From positions 186,001 to 250,000 of IMG/VR virus record IMGVR_UViG_3300017917_001123: a stretch of DNA of 64,000 nt, one strand, 5' to 3'. The position numbers and the translations under genes are program-made. How positions within the stretch are numbered: the stretch's first letter is position 1; every line of letters starts with the position of its first letter. The notes beneath the pieces were generated by a model. That model saw only the letters and a program-made list of their open reading frames with translations. It did no database searches and was not told where the DNA came from. Positions 19,451 to 28,666 of this stretch are shown in pieces.

Positions 19451-19791
19451 ATAAGAAATACTACCTCGACGATATTGTAAAAACGTTTGACGGTCATATA
19501 GAACGCAGTCCTATGAAATTTAGGAGAGTACAATACGATACTCGAGAATGGTGGCAAGATCCAAAATCAACAGCAACAGATGTTTTAAATTCTTACAGGT
19601 TTGAAACTATTGGCGGCGTTGCTATTCATATTCCAGACGACAAGGTACAAGACTTTGTTAGCTTTATGAGTCCTAGACTAAAGGCCAAAGAGATGGAAAT
19701 TAGAGCTAATGTACCTGCCGTACAGAAAGCATACGAACATTATCAGTTACTTTTAAAAATGTGTGGAGGGGATTACGATGCCGGATATTGA
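19447..19791 (+). CDS. Hypothetical protein
   Basis: 114 aa ORF coupled on both sides. Confidence 0.65.
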   Translation: MNKKYYLDDIVKTFDGHIERSPMKFRRVQYDTREWWQDPKSTATDVLNSYRFETIGGVAIHIPDDKVQDFVSFMSPRLKAKEMEIRANVPAVQKAYEHYQLLLKMCGGDYDAGY

Positions 19792-20347
19792 TATTGACTT
19801 CGCAGACAGAACCCGAGCACTTGAGATAATTAAGCATGTACCTGCGGCGATGGCAGGCGGCAAAAAACATAACACAGGTGTTTATTGCCACGAGATTCCT
19901 GTAAATCCACTTACAGGATTGAGTAGTATTGAATATCAAGAAGCAGAAGAAAGAGGTTATTTTAAGATAGACTTTCTTAACGTAAGCATCTATAATGACG
20001 TTAAGGATGAAGCGCATCTCAAACAACTAATGGAGGCTGAACCGCTATGGGATCTTTTGGAACAAGACGACTTCACAAATTTACTATTCCACGTAAATGG
20101 GCATGGCTCCTTGATGAGGCAGATGAAGCCCCGGAGTATCGAAGAATTGGCAATGTGTCTAGCTTTAATCCGCCCTGCGAAGAAACACCTAATTGGGAAG
20201 AGCTTTACGGAGATTGGGCAGACGATATGGGAGAAGCCGGAGAACGGTGATTACTACTTTAAGAAGGCACATGCTATTGCGTATGCCCATGTTATTGTAG
20301 TTCAGATGAATTTAATCTGCGAAGGTATTAGCTACGGACACTCTTAG
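19778..20347 (+). CDS. Minimal DNA polymerase III alpha (DnaE)-like catalytic module, 189 aa
   Basis: PDIDIDF, KHNTGV, GYFKIDFL, LALIRP, FKKAHAIAY in canonical order. GGAGG RBS before ATG 19778. Confidence 0.85.
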   Translation: MPDIDIDFADRTRALEIIKHVPAAMAGGKKHNTGVYCHEIPVNPLTGLSSIEYQEAEERGYFKIDFLNVSIYNDVKDEAHLKQLMEAEPLWDLLEQDDFTNLLFHVNGHGSLMRQMKPRSIEELAMCLALIRPAKKHLIGKSFTEIGQTIWEKPENGDYYFKKAHAIAYAHVIVVQMNLICEGISYGHS

Positions 20348-20723
20348 GGCTACGGACAAGCTGGATTGACTTGCGCTTGATTCGTTTTTCAGCAATTTCG
20401 CTCAAGTTAACGGTGGGCCCAAAAACTATCGTAACATCTTTACTGTTAAAGGTTTTGATGTAAGGCCTAAAAATTGTCATTTCTTGTTTTAGAAAAATAT
20501 TGATAGGAATTTTACGATTTGACTCCCACCACCAGCTTTCGCCGAACTCTAAAAACATGCTTTTTTCTTGTTCCGTGCGAATTACCCCAAAATCGTAGAT
20601 ACTTGTAACGTTAGAATCGTAGTTTATAATAATACCTACGTATTCGTCCTCGTTACATTTAATACAAGTGATAAACGGAAACTTTTCCTGGAATTCCTGA
20701 TCTTTTCGTGACGTCATGTACAA
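20328..20723 (-). CDS. Hypothetical protein
   Basis: ~130 aa ORF with WWWESNRKIPINIF, divergent from the next gene. Confidence 0.7.
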   Translation of the reverse strand: MYMTSRKDQEFQEKFPFITCIKCNEDEYVGIIINYDSNVTSIYDFGVIRTEQEKSMFLEFGESWWWESNRKIPINIFLKQEMTIFRPYIKTFNSKDVTIVFGPTVNLSEIAEKRIKRKSIQLVRSPKSVRS

Positions 20724-20734
20724 TAAATATGCTT

Positions 20735-21643
20735 ATGCAAAAATTACCTGTCTATTTATATACCAATCGCTATAGTGTAATATTAGATCTGGACAACATT
20801 CGAGGTGTGAACAACGTCATGTATCAACGCAACCTAATATTTCAAAAAGGACTTAAAAATAAAGTCCGTATTGAGTTTAAAAACTCCGATCAAAAGCCAG
20901 TAGACATTAGTTCTGGCACATTTTATTTCAAAATGTTTGGTCAAGGCAATGTTATGCCGTTTGCTCCGAAGCAACTCACAGTATTAGATGACGGAGTGAC
21001 CACAAGCACCAGAGGATTGGCGGTTCTTACGCTATCAGAGAGCGATACAGTAGACATTCTTCCTCAAAGTTACAATTTTGCGATTACTAGTTTAGACAGC
21101 GAAGGCAATTATAACCCAACCTATGCCAACACATATTATAATGTTCAGGGTACTGCCGAAATTCGTGACGACGTTGAGCCATATCTAACTGAAAGTGTTG
21201 AGATGAGCTCGTTCCTTGCTTACCGAGACAGTCCAACCGACCGAAATGGCCAGGTACAGCACAACTGGTGGAGCTTCCATAGCGGTAACATGGATGCCGA
21301 TCCTTCATTTAATACCAATACTGGACTACAGACACTGGCATTTTATCTATCTAACTTCAAAGGTCATATCGACGTCTACGCTACTCTTCAAAATGACCCA
21401 TCCGGTTCGGGGAACGACAATGAAGATTACGCTCTAGTCAAAACAGTGACCTATTCAACCAATACAACAGGTACCAAGTACACTAACATCACCGGAAATT
21501 ATACCCATCTTAAGGTAAAATATGTTCCAGACGCCGATGTTACTGGTACAAACTGGTACGGAGCATCCTCGGGTGGTAATCCAACACCAGGTGAGCAATA
21601 TTGGCCTAACGGAAAAGTTGACAAGATCCTGTTTAGAAGCTAA
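20735..21643 (+). CDS. Virion structural protein (BppU-like/Ig-like N-terminus)
   Basis: Beta-rich, Thr/Asn-rich. TAAATA-N5-ATG late start. Confidence 0.5.
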   Translation: MQKLPVYLYTNRYSVILDLDNIRGVNNVMYQRNLIFQKGLKNKVRIEFKNSDQKPVDISSGTFYFKMFGQGNVMPFAPKQLTVLDDGVTTSTRGLAVLTLSESDTVDILPQSYNFAITSLDSEGNYNPTYANTYYNVQGTAEIRDDVEPYLTESVEMSSFLAYRDSPTDRNGQVQHNWWSFHSGNMDADPSFNTNTGLQTLAFYLSNFKGHIDVYATLQNDPSGSGNDNEDYALVKTVTYSTNTTGTKYTNITGNYTHLKVKYVPDADVTGTNWYGASSGGNPTPGEQYWPNGKVDKILFRS

Positions 21644-21646
21644 AAT
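21618..21646 (+). promoter_or_regulatory. Sigma70-type promoter for primase (probably leaderless)
   Basis: TTGACA-17-TAAAAT, with ATG 6 nt downstream. Confidence 0.7.
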
Positions 21647-21652
21647 AACTGT

Positions 21653-22651
21653 ATGAACCTCATACAGGCAACCTTCTTACAATATTTGCCTCCGAAAAGA
21701 AAACAAACACCCAGTGGTTGGGTCAGTTTTAACGCCCCTTGTTGCGTACATAACGGAGAAAGGCAAGACAAACGCCAACGTGGCGGTGTTTTGACCAGCG
21801 GAGAAGGTGGTTTCCAATACCATTGCTTCAACTGTAACTTCAAAGCCGGTTGGCAACCAGGAAAATTACTCAGTAAGAACACAAAAAACCTCATGAGATG
21901 GTTGGGAATGCCAGACGATGAGGTTAGTAAGCTCAGCCTCGAAGCTCTTAAGAACAAAGAAGAGCTAGACAAAACACCCATACCGCTAAATTTCAGCCTT
22001 GAGCCGAAAAATTTGCCAGAAAATTGCCTTTCTATTGAAGAATGGATTCAAGCAGGTTGTGAAGAACCAGAATTTTTAGAAGTTGTCGGTTACATTTTAG
22101 ACAGAGGTATGGAGCTCGACTGGTATAACTGGATGTGGACTCCTGAAGCAGGTTATAGTGACCGCGTCATTGTGCCGTTTTATCATGAAAAAGTGGTTGT
22201 AGGGTGGACAGGACGAAAAATTCGTGACGGAAAGCCAAAATATTTGACCACAGCACAACCGGGATATGTGTTTAACATTGACGCACAGACGCATGACAGA
22301 AAATTTGTCATAGTCACGGAAGGGCAATTTGATGCTATTGCTATTGATGGTGTAGCAATTGGTCATAATGACCCAAATCAGACACAAATTGCCAGAATTA
22401 ACCAGCTAGGGAAAGAAGTTATTGTTGTCCCTGATAACGACAAGCCCGGTGCTCAAATGATTGAAAAGGCACTAGAGGCGGGATGGACGGTAAGTTTGCC
22501 AGATTGGGGTCCGGGTGTTAAAGACGTAGCAGACGCAGTAAAGAAATTTGGAAGAATTTACACACTTTTCACGATTTTACAGTATCGAGAACAAGGTGAA
22601 GTAAGTATCAAGCTAATACAAAAGAAACTAGAACATAAGAATGAAGAATAA
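21653..22651 (+). CDS. DNA primase (T4 gp61/DnaG-like)
   Basis: Zn-binding PCC...HCFNC. TOPRIM motifs TEGQFD and PDNDKPG. Confidence 0.92.
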   Translation: MNLIQATFLQYLPPKRKQTPSGWVSFNAPCCVHNGERQDKRQRGGVLTSGEGGFQYHCFNCNFKAGWQPGKLLSKNTKNLMRWLGMPDDEVSKLSLEALKNKEELDKTPIPLNFSLEPKNLPENCLSIEEWIQAGCEEPEFLEVVGYILDRGMELDWYNWMWTPEAGYSDRVIVPFYHEKVVVGWTGRKIRDGKPKYLTTAQPGYVFNIDAQTHDRKFVIVTEGQFDAIAIDGVAIGHNDPNQTQIARINQLGKEVIVVPDNDKPGAQMIEKALEAGWTVSLPDWGPGVKDVADAVKKFGRIYTLFTILQYREQGEVSIKLIQKKLEHKNEE

Positions 22652-24083
22652 TCCAACGACAAATTACAGTTACGACGTTCAAAAATTATATATTGAAATG
22701 TTCATGAGCAATGCCGAGACATTTGTGCGTTGCCAGAACATATTTGACCCCGAAAATTTCGACAGAAAGCTCCAAGAAACAGCGAGTTTTATCAACACTT
22801 ATGTAAACGAATACAAGGTCATGCCAGAGGCGGCAATCGTCAATGCCGCATGTAACACAACACTTCAACCAGCAGAACTTCCTGAGGAAAATTATGAATG
22901 GCTGATGGACGAATTTGAGCGTTTTTCACGTCACAAGGCGCTCGAAAGGGCAATTTTAAAGTCAGCAGAAATGCTAGATAAAGGCGAGTATGGTCCTGTT
23001 GAAAAAATGATCAAAGACGCTGTACAAATTTCTTTAAACAAAGATATGGGTACAGATTATTTTGAAGATCCAAGAGCACGCCTTGAAGCATTGAAGAACA
23101 GTAACGGTCAAATTTCCACAGGTTGGCCATCAGTTGACAAAAAATTGTATGGTGGATTTAACAGGGGTGAATTGAACATTTGGTGTGCGGCGTCAGGTGG
23201 CGGTAAATCTTTGTTCCTTGCTAACTTAGGAATTAACTGGGCATTAGCAGGTTTGAATGTTTTGTATCTAACATTCGAACTTAGTGAAAATTTAGTGTCA
23301 ATGCGTATGGATAGTATGTTAACAGGCGTTGCCGCACGTGAAATTTTTAAGAATCTTGAGGACGTTGAACTTAAGGTTAAAATGACAGGCAAGAAGTCAG
23401 GTAACATTCAAATCAAGTATATGCCGTCTGGCAAGAACGCAAACGACATTAGAGCATACTTGAAAGAATATCAGGTTAAAAAAGGCTTCAAGCCAGACAT
23501 TATTTTAATTGACTACTTGGACTTGATGATGCCAATGAGCGTTAAGGTTAGCCCGAGTGACTTGTTCGTTAAGGACAAATATGTATCGGAAGAACTTCGT
23601 AACCTTGCGATGGAAACACAGGCGATTGTTTGTACAGCATCACAGTTAAACCGTTCAGCAGTTGAAGAAATTGAGTTTGATCACAGCCATATTTCAGGAG
23701 GCTTGTCAAAGATTCAAACAGCGGATAACGTGATTGGTATTTTTACAAGTCGTGCTATGAAGGAACGCGGACGTTATCAAATTCAATTTATGAAGACACG
23801 TTCGTCGTCTGGTGTGGGTCAAAAAGTCGACTTAGAATTTGACGTTGATACACTGAAAATTAATGACTTAATGGAAGATGATGATACTGGTAGTGGATTT
23901 AAGAAACCAGTTGGCTCAAGCATCTATGAGTCGCTAAAGAAGACTTCAACTGTTGTTGATCAAAGCACAGGGGAAATTAAATCCGATCCTACTGAAGGAA
24001 TTAGTGTAGGCAAAATTAAGGGAGTTCAAGGCACATCTAAAGTGCGAGAATTGCTTGCTGGATTAAATCCCGAAAAGGATTAA
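22641..24083 (+). CDS. Replicative helicase (T4 gp41/DnaB-like)
   Basis: ASGGGKS, IDYLDLM, ASQLNR, KTR motifs. Confidence 0.95.
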   Translation: MKNNPTTNYSYDVQKLYIEMFMSNAETFVRCQNIFDPENFDRKLQETASFINTYVNEYKVMPEAAIVNAACNTTLQPAELPEENYEWLMDEFERFSRHKALERAILKSAEMLDKGEYGPVEKMIKDAVQISLNKDMGTDYFEDPRARLEALKNSNGQISTGWPSVDKKLYGGFNRGELNIWCAASGGGKSLFLANLGINWALAGLNVLYLTFELSENLVSMRMDSMLTGVAAREIFKNLEDVELKVKMTGKKSGNIQIKYMPSGKNANDIRAYLKEYQVKKGFKPDIILIDYLDLMMPMSVKVSPSDLFVKDKYVSEELRNLAMETQAIVCTASQLNRSAVEEIEFDHSHISGGLSKIQTADNVIGIFTSRAMKERGRYQIQFMKTRSSSGVGQKVDLEFDVDTLKINDLMEDDDTGSGFKKPVGSSIYESLKKTSTVVDQSTGEIKSDPTEGISVGKIKGVQGTSKVRELLAGLNPEKD

Positions 24084-24640
24084 AATAGATCGGCGATCTT
24101 GTTATTAACACAATGACTGATCGCCCGTTGCCATTGTTCTTCCCCGGAACCCATTAAACAAATATCTAAAGCGGCAGGTGCTGTGAGCCATCTATGATCT
24201 GGTGTCCACGGTGCTATGCCGCTTTGTTCACCTTCTAATTGGCCTGCGCTCCATGCGGCTAAGCCAACTCCTGCTCTCCAAAATTTAGGACCTTCTCCTT
24301 GACTAATTGCGGCCAAAACTGAAAGGTCCCCTGTAATTCCAATATCGTGTGTTATTTGTAAAGTACTTGAACTAGACCAGTCCATACTATGGACAACATG
24401 TACTCTAGCAGGCTCAACTGGGCCACCTAAATACACTCTTTCATTACCCCTGTACTCAATTCCTGCAGCGTTCATAACCGTGGGCATATCGAGCGTATGT
24501 GACTCTTTGTTAACAATAACACCCCATGCTCCATTGACTCCATGCTGAACTACCAAAACAATGCTTTTGGCGAAATGTGGACTGGTATTTTTAGGTTGGC
24601 TTACGAGTATTTGTCCTGATAATGAATTAAAACCGGTCAT
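24080..24640 (-). CDS. YqgE/AlgH (DUF179) family protein
   Basis: FAKSIVLV.QH...GAWGVIVN, YLGGPV, G.AAWSAGQLEGE...W motifs. Confidence 0.85.
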   Translation of the reverse strand: MTGFNSLSGQILVSQPKNTSPHFAKSIVLVVQHGVNGAWGVIVNKESHTLDMPTVMNAAGIEYRGNERVYLGGPVEPARVHVVHSMDWSSSSTLQITHDIGITGDLSVLAAISQGEGPKFWRAGVGLAAWSAGQLEGEQSGIAPWTPDHRWLTAPAALDICLMGSGEEQWQRAISHCVNNKIADLF

Positions 24641-24669
24641 GCTGATATTTAAGCAATAAATATACCTAT

Positions 24670-25359
24670 ATGTATATCTTTGAGTTTAATTCCCCAATAG
24701 AGGTCCACGATAGCCTAAACCCTGTGTTATGGGACGGCGAAGAAATTCGGCGCGAAATCCAGGTCAAACTGTTAAAAATCGCCAAAGAATTCTATAGTTT
24801 TTTGGGGATTTCGACTCGAATTGACGACGTTTTAATCACTGGCTCGCAAGCCAACTACAACTACACTAAACAGAGCGATATTGATCTTCATTTAATTGTA
24901 GATTTTAGCCAAGTAGAATGCGAAGGAGAAGTTCGCGCTTTGTTTGATGCTAAACGCAGATTATGGAAACAGAACCACGATATTACAATTAAGGGTATTC
25001 CTGTCGAATGTTATGTTGAAGATTTAAATGATCCGGCAGTTACAGCAAGTTATAGCATCATTACCCAAAGCTGGATTAAGCAACCAAATCGAGACATTAA
25101 AGACTATGACAAACAGCGTGTTGAAGAACTTGCTACAATGTGGTCAAAAGTTATCGATCAAGCAATTGAGTCTAGGGATTTAGGTGTAATCGAGGCCGTA
25201 AAAAATTCCCTAGCAATCTTTCGCAGAAAGAGTCTTGCTAAGGACGGTGAATTTGGTTCTGGAAATTTAGCGTTTAAGGCGCTGAGAAATAGTGATTATG
25301 TAGGCCGCCTAATGACAGCCTACAATGATGCTAAAGATCAATCTTTAAGCCTGTCCTAA
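24670..25359 (+). CDS. Pol-beta superfamily nucleotidyltransferase
   Basis: TGS.ANYNY...SDIDLH and VECY third-acid strand. Confidence 0.8.
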   Translation: MYIFEFNSPIEVHDSLNPVLWDGEEIRREIQVKLLKIAKEFYSFLGISTRIDDVLITGSQANYNYTKQSDIDLHLIVDFSQVECEGEVRALFDAKRRLWKQNHDITIKGIPVECYVEDLNDPAVTASYSIITQSWIKQPNRDIKDYDKQRVEELATMWSKVIDQAIESRDLGVIEAVKNSLAIFRRKSLAKDGEFGSGNLAFKALRNSDYVGRLMTAYNDAKDQSLSLS

Positions 25360-25707
25360 CCAGGGTGGCGGTTCTGTCGTAACCTGGTTTTCTCGAAGTT
25401 GTTGTAACTGAATTTTTAAATTATCAGTTAGTTCAGCAATTTTATCTTCCCCTAATTGGTCTTCTAAAATTACCTCAACATCTTCTTTTGTTAAGTTCTT
25501 GTAGGCAACATAATTTTCTTGTGTTGCTCCTGCCTTTAGGGCATCAACAGCAATTTCAGTTTCGCCGTACAACGGAGCACGATTACCGTGCTCGTCTGAA
25601 CCCCACAGCGTCCAGTAGACTCTAGTAACTACGTTTTCATAGTTACCGACCTTAGCTGTGGATTCTAGCTTATCGATATCCCAATCGAAAAAATACTGTT
25701 CTTCCAT
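25345..25707 (-). CDS. Probable tail-fibre-associated/chaperone protein
   Basis: Acidic 120 aa ending PPPW, downstream of the tail fibre gene. Confidence 0.5.
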   Translation of the reverse strand: MEEQYFFDWDIDKLESTAKVGNYENVVTRVYWTLWGSDEHGNRAPLYGETEIAVDALKAGATQENYVAYKNLTKEDVEVILEDQLGEDKIAELTDNLKIQLQQLRENQVTTEPPPWLGQA

Positions 25708-25708
25708 T

Positions 25709-25993
25709 TTATCTAGGTGCCCAAGGCTTTACTTCTGGGTTATAAATTGAGCTTGGCTTGCCAAACTCTGCTTCAACTTCTTTTTGGTTACGTAATAAGC
25801 GACCGTCTGGTAGTTGAATAACTGGCAGGTTGCTCCAGTTAGGGCTTGCTGATTTAAATTGATCCCAAGTCCATAAAGCATTATCGATTGGACGCTCTTC
25901 TACGTCAACATCTAGTTCCTTAAGAATTTTAACAACTTTCATTGAAAGCGAATCTAGAGGTCTAGTCCAAATAATACATTTTTTCTTTTCCAT
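25709..25993 (-). CDS. Glutaredoxin-fold protein lacking CxxC
   Basis: IIWTRPLDSLS in place of the CPYC loop. NLPVI cis-Pro motif. Confidence 0.5.
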   Translation of the reverse strand: MEKKKCIIWTRPLDSLSMKVVKILKELDVDVEERPIDNALWTWDQFKSASPNWSNLPVIQLPDGRLLRNQKEVEAEFGKPSSIYNPEVKPWAPR

Positions 25994-26005
25994 GTTTCTT
26001 TACCC

Positions 26006-27910
26006 TTAAATGTTACTTCTAATTAACCAAGAATATTTAATATTCGTAATAGAGCAGGTTGTGTTAGTTAGATTGGTTGCTTGATTAAAGTCTGTGTTGA
26101 ACACAGGAATCTTAATCAACGCAGGATTTGTATAAGGTGCGTTGGCGCCTGATGTAAATCCAATACCAATTCTATCTGTCTTGTTACCTGCTGTGTTAGG
26201 TTGGATGATGTAAGTATTGTCAGGATATAAGTGAACTTCTAAAGTACCCTTGTAATACTCAGTGTTGGTTGAGTCAGTGAAGCTAACAGCAAGCTCACCG
26301 AACGTAACTCCAGTACAGTCTAGAACAAACATAGTAGCAGTTGTACCGTATGGTTGGCCTGCTGGTAATGTAATAGGATCTCCGCCGACTGTTGCGGCAT
26401 TTAGACCGCCAATGCTTGCTGACTGTGTTCCGTAGTCGTCCATCTGAGCAACACGCGACCATGTATCTGCTTGTTGTAGATAGAAAGTTTCACTTATTCC
26501 GTATGTGATTGCTGTATCAATAGTTACATAAGCAACCCCTGCGGCTGTGGCAATGTTTGTAATAGCATAGCTAGTGTTTTTAGCATTGTTATATAATCTC
26601 CAAGTTCCTGAAGAATAACCTGCTTTAGAATTATCAATAGTTGCTAACCACTGGCTGGCCGCACTTGTAACAATATTAGTTGAAGTTGTTGCTGCCGCAT
26701 TAGTTGTGTAAGGACTTGGATTGAAGTCTGACTTAGCAAAGTATAGATAATTTACATCGCCACGAATTTGTCCTGCTTCTTGATTTAATTGACCCTTTAA
26801 TGTTGTAGGAGGAATCAACTCAACTTTAACAGTTGATGTATTGATACTAATACGTCCAGTCTGATCAAACGTTAGACCAGCACCAATAATAACACCACCG
26901 AGTGAAGAACCGGTTGCTGGTGAAATTTGGAATGTTTGTGGCTTGTCTACTAGATCGTTATAGCTACCAGATACTGCGACTGTGGCAAGACCTAAGTTTG
27001 TTACCGCGTTGGCTTTTTGTTCGGTTGTTAAGTTTTGTGTGTTAACGTCAACACGAAGTCTGTTTGCTAGAGCATCAGTTACTGATGTTGATGTGCTAGC
27101 TGCAGATAACTCTTGTAATACCTGATAGAATGTACCAGATGTAGCAATTGCCGCATCAATTTGTTGACCAACAATTTGATCAACTTGACTTGTTGTTACA
27201 TAAGATGCTAGTGTAACTGTGCTTACATAGCCAACGTCGTTTTGGAATTGAGAAACAAGTGTTGGAACATCTAATAGGTCTTTGTAATTGCCTGTTAGAG
27301 CAACAGCAAACTGACCAACACGCTTAACAGTACCATTACCGCCGGCAACAGCGCCGTTGTTAAGAGCAGTAAAGACTGTTCCTGTATTGCTATTTGCCGC
27401 ACCTGCTAAGGTCCAGTTACTGCTTCCTGGGTTAACAATTTCATACTGATATGTTTCAACTAAGGATCCAGGGCTAATTGGAGCAGGGCTAAATTCACGT
27501 AGGTTACCTGTGGCAAATGTTGGACGTTGATTTAGGTCTCCGTAGTTGCCTGTAGTAGCAACTAGAGCAAGACCGCCTGCGCCACTAACAGTGGTCCATT
27601 GGAATTGTCCACTGCCATTAATACCTAAAACCTGGCCTGTTTCAGCATTATTTGCCGCACGAATGTGGCTTGGAATAATAACCGCATTCTGTCCAGTTGG
27701 AATTTGTGTTTCGCCAATTGTACCAGAAAGGCCGCTAAATGCCGATGCACCGCCTTCAAAGTAGGGAAGTTCGTTCCAGTAGGCAACGCCATTACCGATT
27801 TTAAACTTACCTGTGTTAATTTCATACCCAAGCTCACCTTGGCTTAGGATTGGGTTAACGGAAGCCCAGTTAGCTACCGTATCTCTTCTAAATTGAATCT
27901 TTTGTGCCAT
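26006..27910 (-). CDS. Tail fibre protein with Mtd_N-type N-terminus
   Basis: MAQKIQFRRDT..NW...NPILSQGELGYE..TGKFKIGNG. Three A.VA.(T/S)G(N/S)Y.DL repeats. ATGSSLGGV motif. Confidence 0.85.
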   Translation of the reverse strand: MAQKIQFRRDTVANWASVNPILSQGELGYEINTGKFKIGNGVAYWNELPYFEGGASAFSGLSGTIGETQIPTGQNAVIIPSHIRAANNAETGQVLGINGSGQFQWTTVSGAGGLALVATTGNYGDLNQRPTFATGNLREFSPAPISPGSLVETYQYEIVNPGSSNWTLAGAANSNTGTVFTALNNGAVAGGNGTVKRVGQFAVALTGNYKDLLDVPTLVSQFQNDVGYVSTVTLASYVTTSQVDQIVGQQIDAAIATSGTFYQVLQELSAASTSTSVTDALANRLRVDVNTQNLTTEQKANAVTNLGLATVAVSGSYNDLVDKPQTFQISPATGSSLGGVIIGAGLTFDQTGRISINTSTVKVELIPPTTLKGQLNQEAGQIRGDVNYLYFAKSDFNPSPYTTNAAATTSTNIVTSAASQWLATIDNSKAGYSSGTWRLYNNAKNTSYAITNIATAAGVAYVTIDTAITYGISETFYLQQADTWSRVAQMDDYGTQSASIGGLNAATVGGDPITLPAGQPYGTTATMFVLDCTGVTFGELAVSFTDSTNTEYYKGTLEVHLYPDNTYIIQPNTAGNKTDRIGIGFTSGANAPYTNPALIKIPVFNTDFNQATNLTNTTCSITNIKYSWLIRSNI

Positions 27911-27911
27911 T

Positions 27912-28142
27912 TTATGCTCCGCCTCCGTCGAGGGTCTCGTCTGGTGTAAAAACTGTAGCAGCCGAACCACCATCTACGGCTGTTGGACTTATCCCGGTAA
28001 CACTAATAGGAACTCCGCCTGGTGTTGCGCCGTCGCCTACATAAGCGTCAAGGGTGTTTAGATCAACAAAAATCTGCCCACGAGGCAGAACTAGGGCATC
28101 GTCTGTTAAGACTTCTTTTCCCTGATAAATTCTATATGGCAT
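27912..28142 (-). CDS. Small Mtd_N-like fibre accessory protein
   Basis: GQIFVD...YVGDGATPGG and DGG repeats. Confidence 0.6.
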   Translation of the reverse strand: MPYRIYQGKEVLTDDALVLPRGQIFVDLNTLDAYVGDGATPGGVPISVTGISPTAVDGGSAATVFTPDETLDGGGA

Positions 28143-28184
28143 GCGAATAGTTCCTTACAAGTGTATTAGGTTAAATACGTTACT

Positions 28185-28619
28185 ATGCTATTTACCGTCA
28201 ACGTCGAAACAATTGACTTTCCGACCCCAATGTTATTGAAAAATTTAGTACCCGGATACGGTACTAAAAGCCGCCCTTTTACCCTTTCTAAGGGCAAATT
28301 GGGCTATGATTATAACCTACCACAGGAAAGCGAAACAGGCCGTGAAGTTATTCCGGGAAAAATTGAACTGGAAAAGTTAATTGAGCTTTTTAACCGTTGT
28401 GTAAACTTTGTCAACGTTAAAGAAGCACGTATGCTGGGCTATAAAAACTTCCACTGGCCCGGGCACGTTTTTGCCAATCAGCCAATCTATGTACAATATA
28501 CTGTACAGCGATTAAAGCCTAGACTGATGTGTACAGATGTTGACTGGCTATGCGAGCTTAAAGATGCCAGTGATAAAACCGCTTGCTCGCTGACAATCAA
28601 ACAACGTGTCTATCCCTAA
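28185..28619 (+). CDS. Hotdog-fold (MaoC/FabZ-like) protein, divergent
   Basis: VIPG...FHWPGHVFANQPIYVQYTV pattern. Confidence 0.4.
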   Translation: MLFTVNVETIDFPTPMLLKNLVPGYGTKSRPFTLSKGKLGYDYNLPQESETGREVIPGKIELEKLIELFNRCVNFVNVKEARMLGYKNFHWPGHVFANQPIYVQYTVQRLKPRLMCTDVDWLCELKDASDKTACSLTIKQRVYP

Positions 28620-28666
28620 TATCTGATCTTAAATAGTTCTATTAACTTAGCACTTAAAGGATCACG

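Noticed and set aside
7484-24083. Introns or inteins in terminase, UvsX, UvsW, primase or helicase
   Set aside because: All have ordinary lengths and contiguous motifs.
26006-28142. Diversity-generating retroelement around the Mtd_N fibre
   Set aside because: No reverse transcriptase or template/variable repeat pair was seen. Mtd_N alone is a common fibre domain.
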